A DNA stretch of 32,000 nt from Mycobacterium tuberculosis H37Rv (GTDB lineage: Bacteria; Actinomycetota; Actinomycetes; Mycobacteriales; Mycobacteriaceae): the NCBI RefSeq assembly GCF_000195955.2, contig NC_000962.3, forward strand, positions 2,820,001 through 2,852,000. Direction: 5' to 3'. The position numbers and the translations under genes are program-made. The notes under the pieces were generated by a model. It worked only from the letters and a program-made list of their open reading frames with translations. It made no database searches and was not told the DNA's origin. Shown piece by piece: positions 15,785-26,100 of this stretch (position 1 is its first letter; the number at the start of each line of letters is the position of its first letter).

Positions 15785-17263
15785 GTGTCGCGTCTGATCG
15801 TGGCTCCGGACTGGCTGGCGTCAGCAGCGGCGGAGGTGCAAAGCATCGGCTCGGCGCTGAGCGCGGCGAACGCCGCGGCCGCGGCCCCCACCACCCTATT
15901 GGTGGCCGCCGCCGAAGACGAGGTATCCGCAGCGGCCGCAGCGCTATTCGCCAACTACGGCCGGGAGTATCAGACGCTGAGTGTGCGGTTCGCCTCGCTT
16001 GATCAGCAGTTCGCGCAAGCACTGAACTCGGCGGCAGCGTCGTATCAGACGGCCGAAGCCACGGGTGCGTCGCTCGTGCAGACCGCGACACAAGGTGTAC
16101 TGGGTGTGATCAATGCGCCCACCGAGTTCATGTTCGGACGCTCGCTGATCGGCGACGGAGCTGACGGCACGGCTGCCAGCCCCATCGGCGAGCCCGGCGG
16201 AATCCTGTACGGCGACGGCGGAAACGGCTACTCCCAGACCACGCCCGGAGCTGTCGGCGGAGCCGGCGGGTCGGCCGGATTTATCGGTAACGGTGGCGCC
16301 GGGGGCGCCGGCGGGCCCGGCGCCGGCGGCGGGACTGGAGGCCTCGGCGGCTGGTTATGGGGCAACAACGGCGCCGCTGGCACCGGCGACCCAGTTAACG
16401 TTGCCGTCCCCCTGCGCGTGGAAAACAACTTTCCGCTGGTGAACCTCTTGGTCAACCGCGGGCCAACTGTCCCCATACTGCTGGACACGGGATCCTCGAG
16501 TCTCGTCATCCCATTCTGGAAAATCGGGTGGCAGAACCTGGGCTTGCCCACCGGGTTCGATGTCGTTCACTACGGCAATGGCGTGAGCATCGTCTACGCC
16601 GACGTGCCCACGACGGTCGATTTCGGTGGCGGCGCCGCTACCACACCGACCTCCGTCCATGTCGGTATCCTGCCGTACCCGCGAAACCTTGACAGCCTGG
16701 TCCTCATCGCTTCCGGCGGCGCTTTCGGACCCAACGGAAACGGCATACTGGGCATCGGGCCGAATGTGGGGTCGTATGCCGTCAGCGGGCCCGGCAACGT
16801 TGTCACGACCGATTTGCCGGGCCAACTCAACGAAGGCACCCTCATCGACATTCCCGGCGGCTACATGCAGTTCGGCCCCAACACGGGCACTCCAATCACC
16901 TCCGTGACCGGGGCACCGATCACCGTGCTGAACGTTCAGATCGGCGGCTACGACCCCAACGGGGGCTACTGGTCACTCCCCTCGATTTTCGATTCGGGCG
17001 GCAACCACGGAACGCTTCCGGCGGTGATTCTCGGCACGGGCCAGACAACCGGTTACGCCCCGCCGGGCACGGTTATCTCAATCTCAATACATGACAACCA
17101 GACGCTGCTGTATCAGTACACGACAACCGCGAGCAACAGCCCAGTGGTCACGGCAGACCCCCGACTCAACACCGGTCTAACCCCGTTCCTGCTGGGACCG
17201 GTATATATCTCGAACAACCCTAGCGGTGTCGGGACGGTGGTGTTCAATTACCCGCCACCGTAG
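15785..17263 (+). CDS. PE26: PE-family protein with a Gly-rich linker and a C-terminal pepsin-like aspartic protease domain
   Basis: GTG 15785 (492 aa) is preceded by GAAGAGG. The N-terminal PE domain is VSRLIVAPDWLASAAAEVQSIGSALSAANAAAAAPTTLLVAAAEDEVS. The Gly-rich GGAGG segment follows. Two aspartic-protease signatures are in frame: LLDTGSS (GAC at 16484) and IFDSGGN (GAT at 16991). Confidence 0.9.
   Translation: MSRLIVAPDWLASAAAEVQSIGSALSAANAAAAAPTTLLVAAAEDEVSAAAAALFANYGREYQTLSVRFASLDQQFAQALNSAAASYQTAEATGASLVQTATQGVLGVINAPTEFMFGRSLIGDGADGTAASPIGEPGGILYGDGGNGYSQTTPGAVGGAGGSAGFIGNGGAGGAGGPGAGGGTGGLGGWLWGNNGAAGTGDPVNVAVPLRVENNFPLVNLLVNRGPTVPILLDTGSSSLVIPFWKIGWQNLGLPTGFDVVHYGNGVSIVYADVPTTVDFGGGAATTPTSVHVGILPYPRNLDSLVLIASGGAFGPNGNGILGIGPNVGSYAVSGPGNVVTTDLPGQLNEGTLIDIPGGYMQFGPNTGTPITSVTGAPITVLNVQIGGYDPNGGYWSLPSIFDSGGNHGTLPAVILGTGQTTGYAPPGTVISISIHDNQTLLYQYTTTASNSPVVTADPRLNTGLTPFLLGPVYISNNPSGVGTVVFNYPPP
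16151..16390 (+). repeat. Low-complexity Gly-rich (PGRS-like GGAGGX) coding repeat inside PE26
   Basis: Encodes GDGADG...GDGGNG...GGAGGSAGFIGNGGAGGAGGPGAGGGTGGLGG...GAAGTG. The nucleotide sequence is dominated by GGC/GGN triplets. Confidence 0.7.
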
Positions 17264-17387
17264 CTTTCCGCCGGGTCCAGAACCGCCGCGCCATAAGGGC
17301 GTCACGTTCGTCCAGAACCTCGGCTAAGTGCGGAGTGCGCAATCATGGTGCACTGCAATGGGTTTCCCATCGGTAACTCCGGGTTGG

Positions 17388-17615
17388 TCAGCGATTCCTG
17401 ATCTTGTGGATGACCACGACGACGACCACAGACCCGATCCCGACCAGTGACACGGTCACGATGGGCTTCCTGAGGAAGGCGATCACCCGAGTTTTTGCGT
17501 CGTCGGCGAGGCGGCGGGGGTTGGCGCGCTCGGCGAGGGAATCGATGGTCGCCGCCAGTTGGTCGCGGGTTTGGTCGATCTCCTGCTTGATGGTATTGGG
17601 ATCGCGGTCCACCAC
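17388..17615 (-). CDS. Small membrane-anchored DUF3618-type protein (Rv2520c-like)
   Basis: 75 aa. The N-terminal coiled segment is DPNTIKQEIDQTRDQLAATIDSLAERANP. The C-terminal TM helix is VTVSLVGIGSVVVVVVI. Confidence 0.8.
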   Translation of the reverse strand: MVDRDPNTIKQEIDQTRDQLAATIDSLAERANPRRLADDAKTRVIAFLRKPIVTVSLVGIGSVVVVVVIHKIRNR

Positions 17616-17683
17616 GTGCTGTCCTCCAAGTTCTCCAGTCGCCCACTGCCGGCCTGCGTCGCCCGCCGAACTACCCTAGATCA

Positions 17684-18157
17684 GTGACCAAAACCACGCG
17701 TCTGACCCCCGGAGACAAAGCCCCTGCCTTCACCCTGCCCGATGCCGACGGCAACAACGTGTCGCTGGCCGACTACCGAGGACGCCGCGTCATCGTGTAC
17801 TTCTACCCGGCGGCCTCGACACCGGGATGCACCAAGCAGGCTTGTGATTTTCGCGACAATCTGGGCGATTTCACCACTGCCGGCCTCAACGTCGTCGGTA
17901 TCTCCCCCGACAAGCCGGAGAAGCTCGCTACGTTCCGCGATGCCCAGGGCCTGACGTTTCCGCTGCTGTCTGATCCCGACCGCGAGGTGTTGACGGCCTG
18001 GGGTGCCTACGGGGAGAAGCAGATGTATGGCAAGACGGTGCAGGGGGTGATCCGGTCCACCTTCGTCGTCGATGAAGACGGAAAGATCGTCGTCGCGCAG
18101 TACAACGTCAAGGCCACCGGCCACGTCGCTAAGCTTCGGCGCGACCTGTCGGTATAG
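17684..18157 (+). CDS. bcp: Peroxiredoxin Bcp (PrxQ/bacterioferritin comigratory protein)
   Basis: 157 aa thioredoxin-fold AhpC/TSA protein. The peroxidatic and resolving Cys are in the TPGCTKQAC (Cys-x4-Cys) motif. Confidence 0.95.
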   Translation: MTKTTRLTPGDKAPAFTLPDADGNNVSLADYRGRRVIVYFYPAASTPGCTKQACDFRDNLGDFTTAGLNVVGISPDKPEKLATFRDAQGLTFPLLSDPDREVLTAWGAYGEKQMYGKTVQGVIRSTFVVDEDGKIVVAQYNVKATGHVAKLRRDLSV

Positions 18158-19541
18158 CCGCGAGCTTGGCCAGCAGCAGCGCTTCGGCGGTCGCCGCGCG
18201 TTCCAGCACACCCAGATGCAGGCTTTCATTGACACTGTGCGCCTGCGTTCCGGGGTCTTCTACCCCGGTGACAAGGATGGTCGCCTGCGGGAACGCGGCG
18301 GCGAACTCGGCGATGAACGGGATCGACCCGCCCATTCCCATATCGATCGGATCGGCACCCCACGCCTGCCGAAACGCCGACCGCGCCGCATCATAGACAG
18401 GGCCGCTCGCCTCGATGGCGTAGGGCTGTCCGACCTCGCCGCGCGTGACAGTGACCTGGGCGCCCCAGGGGGCGTGCCGCCGCAGATGGGCCTCCACCGC
18501 GTCCAGGTGCGCCGTGGCATCGCCTCCAGGCGCCACCCGAATACTGATCTTGGCCCGGGCCCGCGGGATCAGCGTATTGGACGCTGCCGCAACGGATGTG
18601 GTGTCGATGCCGATTACGGTGATCGCCGGCTTCGCCCAGAGCCGCTGCGGCACCGAGCCCGTGCCGATTTCCGATACTCCGTCCAGTAGACCCGACTCAG
18701 CGCGTACCCGTCCAGCCGGGTAATCCACACGCGCCGCGGTGCTTTCGTGCATGCCCGCCACGGCCACGTTGCCGTCGTCGTCGTGCAGGCTGGCCAACAG
18801 CCGCACTAGCACGGTCAGCGCGTCGGGAACGACGCCGCCCCACAACCCGGAGTGCAGCCCGTGGTCGAGGGTGGCGACCTCGACGACGCAGTCGGCCATT
18901 CCGCGTAGCGACACCGTCAAAGCCGGGATGTCGGTGCTCCAATTGTCCGAGTCGGCGATGACGATCACGTCGGCTGCCAGCGCGTCACGGTGGGCGGCGA
19001 GCAACCGGCCCAGTGACGGCGACCCGGATTCTTCTTCACCCTCGACAAAGACCGTGACGCCCACCGGCGGTCTGCCGCCGTGTGCCCAGAATGCGGCCAC
19101 ATGCGTGGCGATACCTGCCTTGTCATCGGCGGTGCCCCGCCCGTAGAGCCGCCCACCACGCTCGGTCGGCTCGAACGGCGGCGACACCCATTGCCCGCGG
19201 TCACCCTCGGGCTGGACGTCGTGGTGGGCATAGAGCAGCACCGTCGGCGCCCCCGGCGGCGCCGGGTACCGCGCGATCACCGCCGGCGCACCGCGCTCGC
19301 TGACAATCCGCACGTCGTCAAAACCGGCCTGCGACAACAGGTCTGCCACCGCACGCGCGCTGCGGTGAACCTCGTCGCGCCGATCTGGGTCGGCCCACAC
19401 CGATTCGATGCGGACCAGCTCCTCGAGATCACACCGCACCGACGGCAACACCTCACGGACGCGCTCAACCAGCTCGCGAGCAGACGCAGAGTCGCATGAA
19501 AATCCGGATTTCGATGCGATTCTGCGTCTGCTCGCGCTCAC
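18129..19541 (-). CDS. M20-family metallopeptidase/dipeptidase (ArgE/DapE/CPG2-like; Rv2522c-like)
   Basis: 470 aa with metal-binding motifs HHDVQP, GRGTADDKAG and EGEEESGS. The GTG start at 19541 overlaps the acpS stop as GTGA. Confidence 0.9.
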   Translation of the reverse strand: MSASRRRIASKSGFSCDSASARELVERVREVLPSVRCDLEELVRIESVWADPDRRDEVHRSARAVADLLSQAGFDDVRIVSERGAPAVIARYPAPPGAPTVLLYAHHDVQPEGDRGQWVSPPFEPTERGGRLYGRGTADDKAGIATHVAAFWAHGGRPPVGVTVFVEGEEESGSPSLGRLLAAHRDALAADVIVIADSDNWSTDIPALTVSLRGMADCVVEVATLDHGLHSGLWGGVVPDALTVLVRLLASLHDDDGNVAVAGMHESTAARVDYPAGRVRAESGLLDGVSEIGTGSVPQRLWAKPAITVIGIDTTSVAAASNTLIPRARAKISIRVAPGGDATAHLDAVEAHLRRHAPWGAQVTVTRGEVGQPYAIEASGPVYDAARSAFRQAWGADPIDMGMGGSIPFIAEFAAAFPQATILVTGVEDPGTQAHSVNESLHLGVLERAATAEALLLAKLAAIPTGRAEA

Positions 19542-19930
19542 GGGGCCTCCAGGATGGCGACCGCGGCCGCGGTATCCCCTTCGTGGGTCAGCGACACATG
19601 GATCGTCACGTCGGCCAAATACTCAGCGATGGCCCCGGTCAGCCTGACCCGCGGCCTGCCCCACATATCGGTGACCACCTCGATATCGCGGTGGATGTCC
19701 TCCGGCAACACCGGCCGCTGCGCGAACCGCGATCCGGACCAGGCCTTGATCACCGCCTCCTTCGCGGCCCAGCGGGCCGCCAGGTGCCGGGCCGCCGACG
19801 AACTCTTGTCCGAGGCGTCCCGGCGCTCACCCGGGGTGAAGGTCTCGGCGAACACCGTTCCGGGCTGGTCGACCTGCTCGGCGAAATCGGGAATGGAGAC
19901 CAGGTCGATCCCCACACCGACGATGCCCAT
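19538..19930 (-). CDS. acpS: Holo-[acyl-carrier-protein] synthase (4'-phosphopantetheinyl transferase)
   Basis: 130 aa. N-terminal GVGIDLV motif, plus RWAAKEAVIKAW and LSLTHEGD-type signatures. It lies directly downstream of fas. Confidence 0.95.
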   Translation of the reverse strand: MGIVGVGIDLVSIPDFAEQVDQPGTVFAETFTPGERRDASDKSSSAARHLAARWAAKEAVIKAWSGSRFAQRPVLPEDIHRDIEVVTDMWGRPRVRLTGAIAEYLADVTIHVSLTHEGDTAAAVAILEAP

Positions 19931-20122
19931 GGGCGGCCACGTTAATCGATGGCCCAGTCCGGCGACGATGCGGTCCGCGTTGGGGGCACCTCCCGCTTGC
20001 GGGGGACGGACCGAAGAGATGCCGGGCAGTCAGGCCAAGGAGCACGCGGCGAGCGTGTATCCATGGCGGCGACACGCCGAACACCGTCGCCCTGAGCGCA
20101 CGTTCGGCGCCCAACGGCAGGG

Positions 20123-23100
20123 TCAGCCGATATACGCCTCGCCGTCACCCAGCCGGGCCGCCGGATTCAGCAGCATCGACGCCTCCTGCGGCCGCTCGGG
20201 CGCGTGGTGGTCGAAGCGACGGTCACCGGGCCGCTGGTACATCGGCGCACCACCGGCAATCGCCGAGGCCAGCCGGCGCTGACCGGCCAGCAGGCGGGCG
20301 TCGGCACGCCGCTGGTAGTCCGCGCGCTGTGCGGGATCCAGCGAGGCGATGAACGCCTGCGGATGCACCAACGCGACCAGGCCCGACACATGGCCGAACC
20401 CGAGGCTGGTCAGCATGCCGGCCTTGAGTGGGAACTTGCCGCCGAGCCGCAACGTGTCACGCACCCACACGAAATGCGCGGAGCCGGCCAGCTCGTCGTC
20501 GACGCAGTCGAGGCTGCGGTTGGGTGGGATCACCCCATCCCGCAATATCTGGCAGAGCCCCATCATCTGGAAGACCGCCGCGCCGCCCTTGGCGTGGCCG
20601 GTCAGGCTCTTCTGCGACACCACGAACAGCGGGGCGCCCTCGGAACGGCCCAGGGCGTCGGCGAGCCGTTCATGCAACTCGGTCTCGTTGGGATCGTTGG
20701 CCAGCGTCGAGGTGTCGTGCTTGGAGATGACCGCCACGTCGTCGGCGGCCACGCCCAGCTTGGCCAGCGCCCGCGCCAGCGGTGAATCCTTGCCGCCGCG
20801 GCCCGCCCCCAGCGCGCCCAGGCCCGGGGCCGGGATCGAGGTGTGCACGCCGTCGCCGAACGACTGCGCGAACGCCACCACCGCCAGCACCGGCAGCCCC
20901 ATCCGCAGCGCCAGGTCCCCGCGGGCCAACAGGATCGTCCCGCCGCCTTGGGCTTCGACGAAGCCCAGACGGCGGCGGTCGTTGGGCCGGGAAAACTTCG
21001 AGTCGTGGATGCCGCGGCCGCACATCATGGACGTGTCGGCGGTGGCGGCCATGTCACCGAATCCGATGATGCCCTCCAGCGTCAGGTCATCCAGGCCGCC
21101 GGCCACCACCAGTTGAGCCTTGCCCAACCGGATCTTGTCGACACCTTCCTCGACCGACACCGCGGCGGTGGCGCACGCGGCTACCGGGTGGATCATCGCA
21201 CCGTAGCTACCGACGTAGGACTGAACCACGTGCGCGGCAATGATATTCGGCAAGACTTCCTGGAAGATGTCGTTCGGCTTGTTGCGGCCCAACAGATTGC
21301 CGTGGTACATCGTCTGCATCGACGTGCCGCCGCCCATGCCGGTGCCCTGGGTGTTGGCCACCAAACTCGGGTGCACGTAACGCATCACCTCGGCCGGGCT
21401 GAAACCGGACGACAGGAACGCGTCGACGGTCGCCACCATGTTCCATACCGCCAACCGGTCGATGGAACCGGCCATGTCTGCGCTGATGCCCCACACCGTC
21501 GGGTCGAACCCGGTCGGGATCTGGCCGCCGACGACGCGGGACAGCTTGGTCTTTCGCGGCACCCGGATCTCGGTGCCGGCCTTGCGGATGACCTGCCAGT
21601 CGGTGGAGTCGGGCACCGGCCGGATGACCGTGTGCTCGGGATCGAACTCGACGAAGGCGCGCGCATCGGCCTCCGAGGACACCACGAACGCGAAGTCCTT
21701 CTCCAGGAACACCGACACCAGCAGCGGCGAGGCGTGGTCGGGGTCGATCGCGCCGTCATCAACGAATTCGCGAATGCCGACGCGCTGCACCACGGCGTCG
21801 TGGTAGCGCTGCACCAACTCGGATTCGTCGACCATTTCGCCGGATTCGGTGTCGTACCAACCGGGTTGCGGGTCGTCCTCCCAGCGGATCAACCCAGTGG
21901 TCCAGGCCAGCTCCAGCACGCCGGCCGCCGACAGCTCGTTTTCGACCTCCATCTCGAACCGGGTGCGTGACGAGCCGTACGGGCCGATTTCGGCGCCGCC
22001 GACGATCACCACCAGGTCGGCCGGGTCGACATCGAGGTCGTCCCATTGCGGCGGCGGTGCGGGGGTGAAACCCCGGGGCGGCGACGGCAGCGCGGCGATG
22101 GCGCCAGGGGCCTCGGCGTCCTCGTCGACGGCCGCCGCTGCCGACATCTGCTCGCGCGCCTTGGCCGCCAGCTCGGCCATGTCGAGGTTGGCCTCGGCCA
22201 GGCCCCCGGTCAGGTCGGCCTTGATCGGCGAACGCGCCGCAGCCACCTTGGATTCCGCATCACACAGGTCGAGCAGCAGCGCCGCCATCTCGTCGGTCGA
22301 GTAGGTGGTGACCCCGGCCTCTTCGACGGCGGCCACGATGGCATCGTTGTGGCCCATCAGCCCGGTGCCGCGGGTCCAGCCGATGAGCGCGTGCGCCAGG
22401 CTGACCCGTGCCGCCCAGGACGACTCGGCGTGCCAGCGGCTCACCACGGCATCCAGCGCGGACTTGGCTTCGCCGTAGGCGCCGTCGCCGCCGAACATGC
22501 CACGGTTGGGCGAGCCGGGCAGCACCACGTGCAGCCGCGACGCGATGTCGCGTTCGGCGCCGATCGTCGACAGGCCGCCGATCAGCCGTTGCACGGCCCA
22601 CAGCAGCACTTTCATCTCCATCTCGGCGCGCGAACCGGCCTCCGACAGGTCCCCGACCACGCGTGGCGCCGCGAACGGGAACAGCAGCGTCGGGGTCTGC
22701 GCGTCTTTGATGTGAATCGACTGCGGCCCAAGGCTTTCGGTCTGTTCGGTGCCGATCCATTCGACCAGGGCGTCGACGTCGGAGTAGGACGCCATGTTCG
22801 CCGCGACCAGCCACAGCGCCGCGCCGTAACGGGCGTGGTCGCGATACAGCGTGCGGTAGAACGCCAGCCGCTCCTCGTCGAGCTTGGAGGTGGTCGCGAT
22901 GACGGTGGCTCCGCCGTCGAGCAGCCGAGCCACCACCGACGCGGCGATCGAACCCTTCGAAGCGCCGGTCACCACGGCAACTTCGCCGCCGTAGCGGCCG
23001 GGTTCGGGGTTCTCGGCGCCGGCGGCGATGCGGCCGTACAGCGATGCATGGATCTGCCGGCCCGCGGCCAGCGACTTACCTTGCCACCAGGTAGCCTGGG

Positions 23101-26100
23101 TCGCCACGACGTGGCCGGCACCCTCGAAGCGCTCCGCCAGGCGCGGCCAGTCGGCGTCGATGTCGCCCTCGTCGGTCAGCCACAGCTTCACCAGGTCCTC
23201 GCGGGCGCTGGCCCAGCGGTCGTCGAATACGACGGCCTTCTTGGGGTCGAACACCGGTGCCACCAACCGCGGCCAGTCCGCTCCCAGTTCGGCGGTGACC
23301 AAGTCGATCAGCTCGGAATCGGGGGCGGCCGGCAAGGCGTTGACGGGGTCGTCCAGTCCCAGCTGCCCCAGCACCAGGCGGGCCGCGGAGGCCAGCACGC
23401 CCTCACGGCCGGTGATTTGGTCGGTGAACTCGCTGAGCGCGGCCGCGTCGATGGTGGCGCCGCCACCACTACCGGCCGACGGCAGCGCTACCGAAACGCC
23501 CTGGCGCGCGGCCACCGATGCGACCGCCGCGTCGATGACCTTGTCGACGGAGGCGGCATCGGCCAGCGCGCCCTCGTGCAGGTGGCCCATGGCGCCGCCG
23601 CGAACGCTGCTGCCCTCGCGGGTGCCCAGCGCGACCTCGACGGTGACATGCTTGGCCCAGCCCTCACCGAGCTCCCAGGTCTTCTTCACCCGCTCGGCGA
23701 TGGCGCCGGGCCGCTTGCCCGACGGTCCGAGGACGGTGCGAAGCTGGTCGTTGATGGCGTCGGAAAGCACTGGGCCGTAAGGCTTGTAGGTGCGCGCCAG
23801 TTTGGTCACCTGTGAGCGCAGACCGGCCAGGTCCGATTCGGCGGCGCCGTCAATGGCACCGAGGTTCAGCTCGGAGCCCAGGTCCACCAGCAGCTGGTTG
23901 CGCCGCGACGACGCACCGTCGGTGATGGACTCGATGGAGTCGAGTTCTTCGATCTGGTCGATGCGCATCTTGGCCGAGAGCGCGATCAGCGCCAGCGTGG
24001 CATCGGCGGCGTCGAAAACCAGATCGTCGGGACGCGGGCCCGCCGACGAAGCGGCCGGCGCGACGGGGGCGGCTTCCGAGACGACGTCCGGCGCGGGCGA
24101 TTCCGCGACCGGCTCGTCTTCCTCCGGCTCCGGCTCCGGGTCGGTGTCGGTGGCGAACAGCACCGCGGCATCACGCTCGGCGTTGAGCACTTCCACTGTG
24201 CTGTGGGCGTATTCGGGCAGTTTGAGGGTGTTGGTGGCAAGACCCGCCACCGTCGGTGAGCTCTTCACACCGATCTCGACGAATCGCTCCACACCCAGCC
24301 CGCCGGCGGCCTCCTCGATGAACAGCAGATCCTGCGTCTCGATCCAGCGCACCGGGCTGGCGAATTGCCATGCCAGCAGCTCGATGAACACCGTGCGCGC
24401 CATCTCGCGCGGACGCTCGCGAAGCCAGGTGTCGTAGTCGGCGAGGATCTCGTCGAGCGGCTCGGCGGGCACCAAATCCCGGATTTCCTGGATGAAGTCG
24501 CGGTCCAGGGTGAACAACCGCGGCACCAGGTTGGGAATGTAGCGCCCGATGATCAGGTCGGGGTCCGCGTCGCGCGGCATGACCCGGTCCAGCGAGCGCC
24601 GGAATTCGGCCACCCCGACCCGCAGCACTCGCGAGTGGAACGGAACATCGATGCCGGGCACCAAAATGAACGACCGTCGGCCGCCGGTGAGCTCGCGGCG
24701 CCGCTCCACCTCGGCCTCGAGCGCCTCGAGGCCGCGTACCGTGCCCGCGATCGCGTATTGCGAGCCACGCAGGTTGAAATTCACGATCTCCAGGAATTCA
24801 CCGGTGCTCTCCGCGATCCCGGCGACGAACGCGGGCACGTCGGCGTCGTCGAGGTCGATCTGGGACGGCCGGATGGCCGCCAGCCGATAGTTGGAGCGGC
24901 CGAGCTCGTCGCGCGGAACGATGTCGTGCATCTTCGACCCGCGGTGAAACACCATCTCCAGCAAGGCTTCCAGTTGGTAGATGCCGGTCACGCAGGCCAG
25001 CGCGGTGTACTCGCCGACCGAGTGGCCGCACGCGATGGCGCCTTCGACGAAGGCTCCCTGTTCACGCATCTCGGCGACCTGCGCGGCCGCCACCGTCGCC
25101 ATCGCGACCTGGGTGAACTGCGTCAGGTAGAGCACCCCGTCGGGGTGGTGGTAGTGCACACCGCTGGCGATGATGCTGGTCGGGTTGTCGCGGACCACGT
25201 GCAGTACCGAGAAGCCCAGGGTGTCGCGGGTGAACTTGTCCGCGGTGTCCCACACCTTGCGGGCCGCCTTGGAGCGGGCGCGCACCTCCATGCCCATGCC
25301 CTTGTGTTGGATGCCCTGGCCGGGGAATGCGTAGACCGTCTTGGGTGCGGCCAGTCGCGCGGAGGCCGACATCACTAGATCCGACCCGACGCGCGCGGCC
25401 ACGTCCACAATCTCTGCGCCCTGGTCGATTCCGACGCGCTCGACGCGGAAGTCCACCTCGTCGCCGGGGCGCACCATGCCCAAAAACCGCGCGGTCCAGC
25501 CGACCAGCCGGGCCGGTGGCCGGGCCTGCCCGTCGGTGGCGGTCACCGCGTGTTGCGCCGCGGCCGACAGCCACATGCCGTGCACGATCGGCGACTCCAG
25601 GCCGGCAAGCAGCGCGGCGGCCCGGTCGGTGTGAATGGGGTTGTGGTCGCCGGACACCACCGCGAACGGGCGCATGTCGACCGGCGCGGTGATCGTGACG
25701 TCGCGGCGGCGACGGCGCGGGGTGTCGGTGGCGTTCGCCGACACCGCGCCACCGGCTCGCGCCGGGTCGGCGAGCTCGGCGGAACCGGTGCGACCCAGGA
25801 TCGCGAATCGCTCCTCGAGAGTGGCGATCACGGCGCCATCGGCGCCGGTAACGACGACCGAGACCGGCACGACGCGGCCCATGTCCGTATCGGTTGCGTT
25901 GGCAGCCGTTGCGGTGACGGTCAATTGGGCCGGGACCGTGGGCAGCTGACCGACCACGCGGGCGGCGTGGTCCAGATGCACCAGGCTCAGCAGGCCTTCC
26001 ACCACCGGCTCACCGGTGTCGGTGACCGCCGATCCGATGGCCGCGAAAACCGCTGGCCAACAAGGGCCGACGAGCGCGTCGGGCACGTTGGTGAGGCTGG

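Noticed and set aside
16151-16390. Highly repetitive GGC/GGN-rich DNA that superficially resembles a tandem-repeat or CRISPR-like array.
   Set aside because: It is in frame within PE26 and encodes the Gly-rich PGRS-like linker. There is no repeat-spacer periodicity, and I saw no CRISPR array anywhere in the window.
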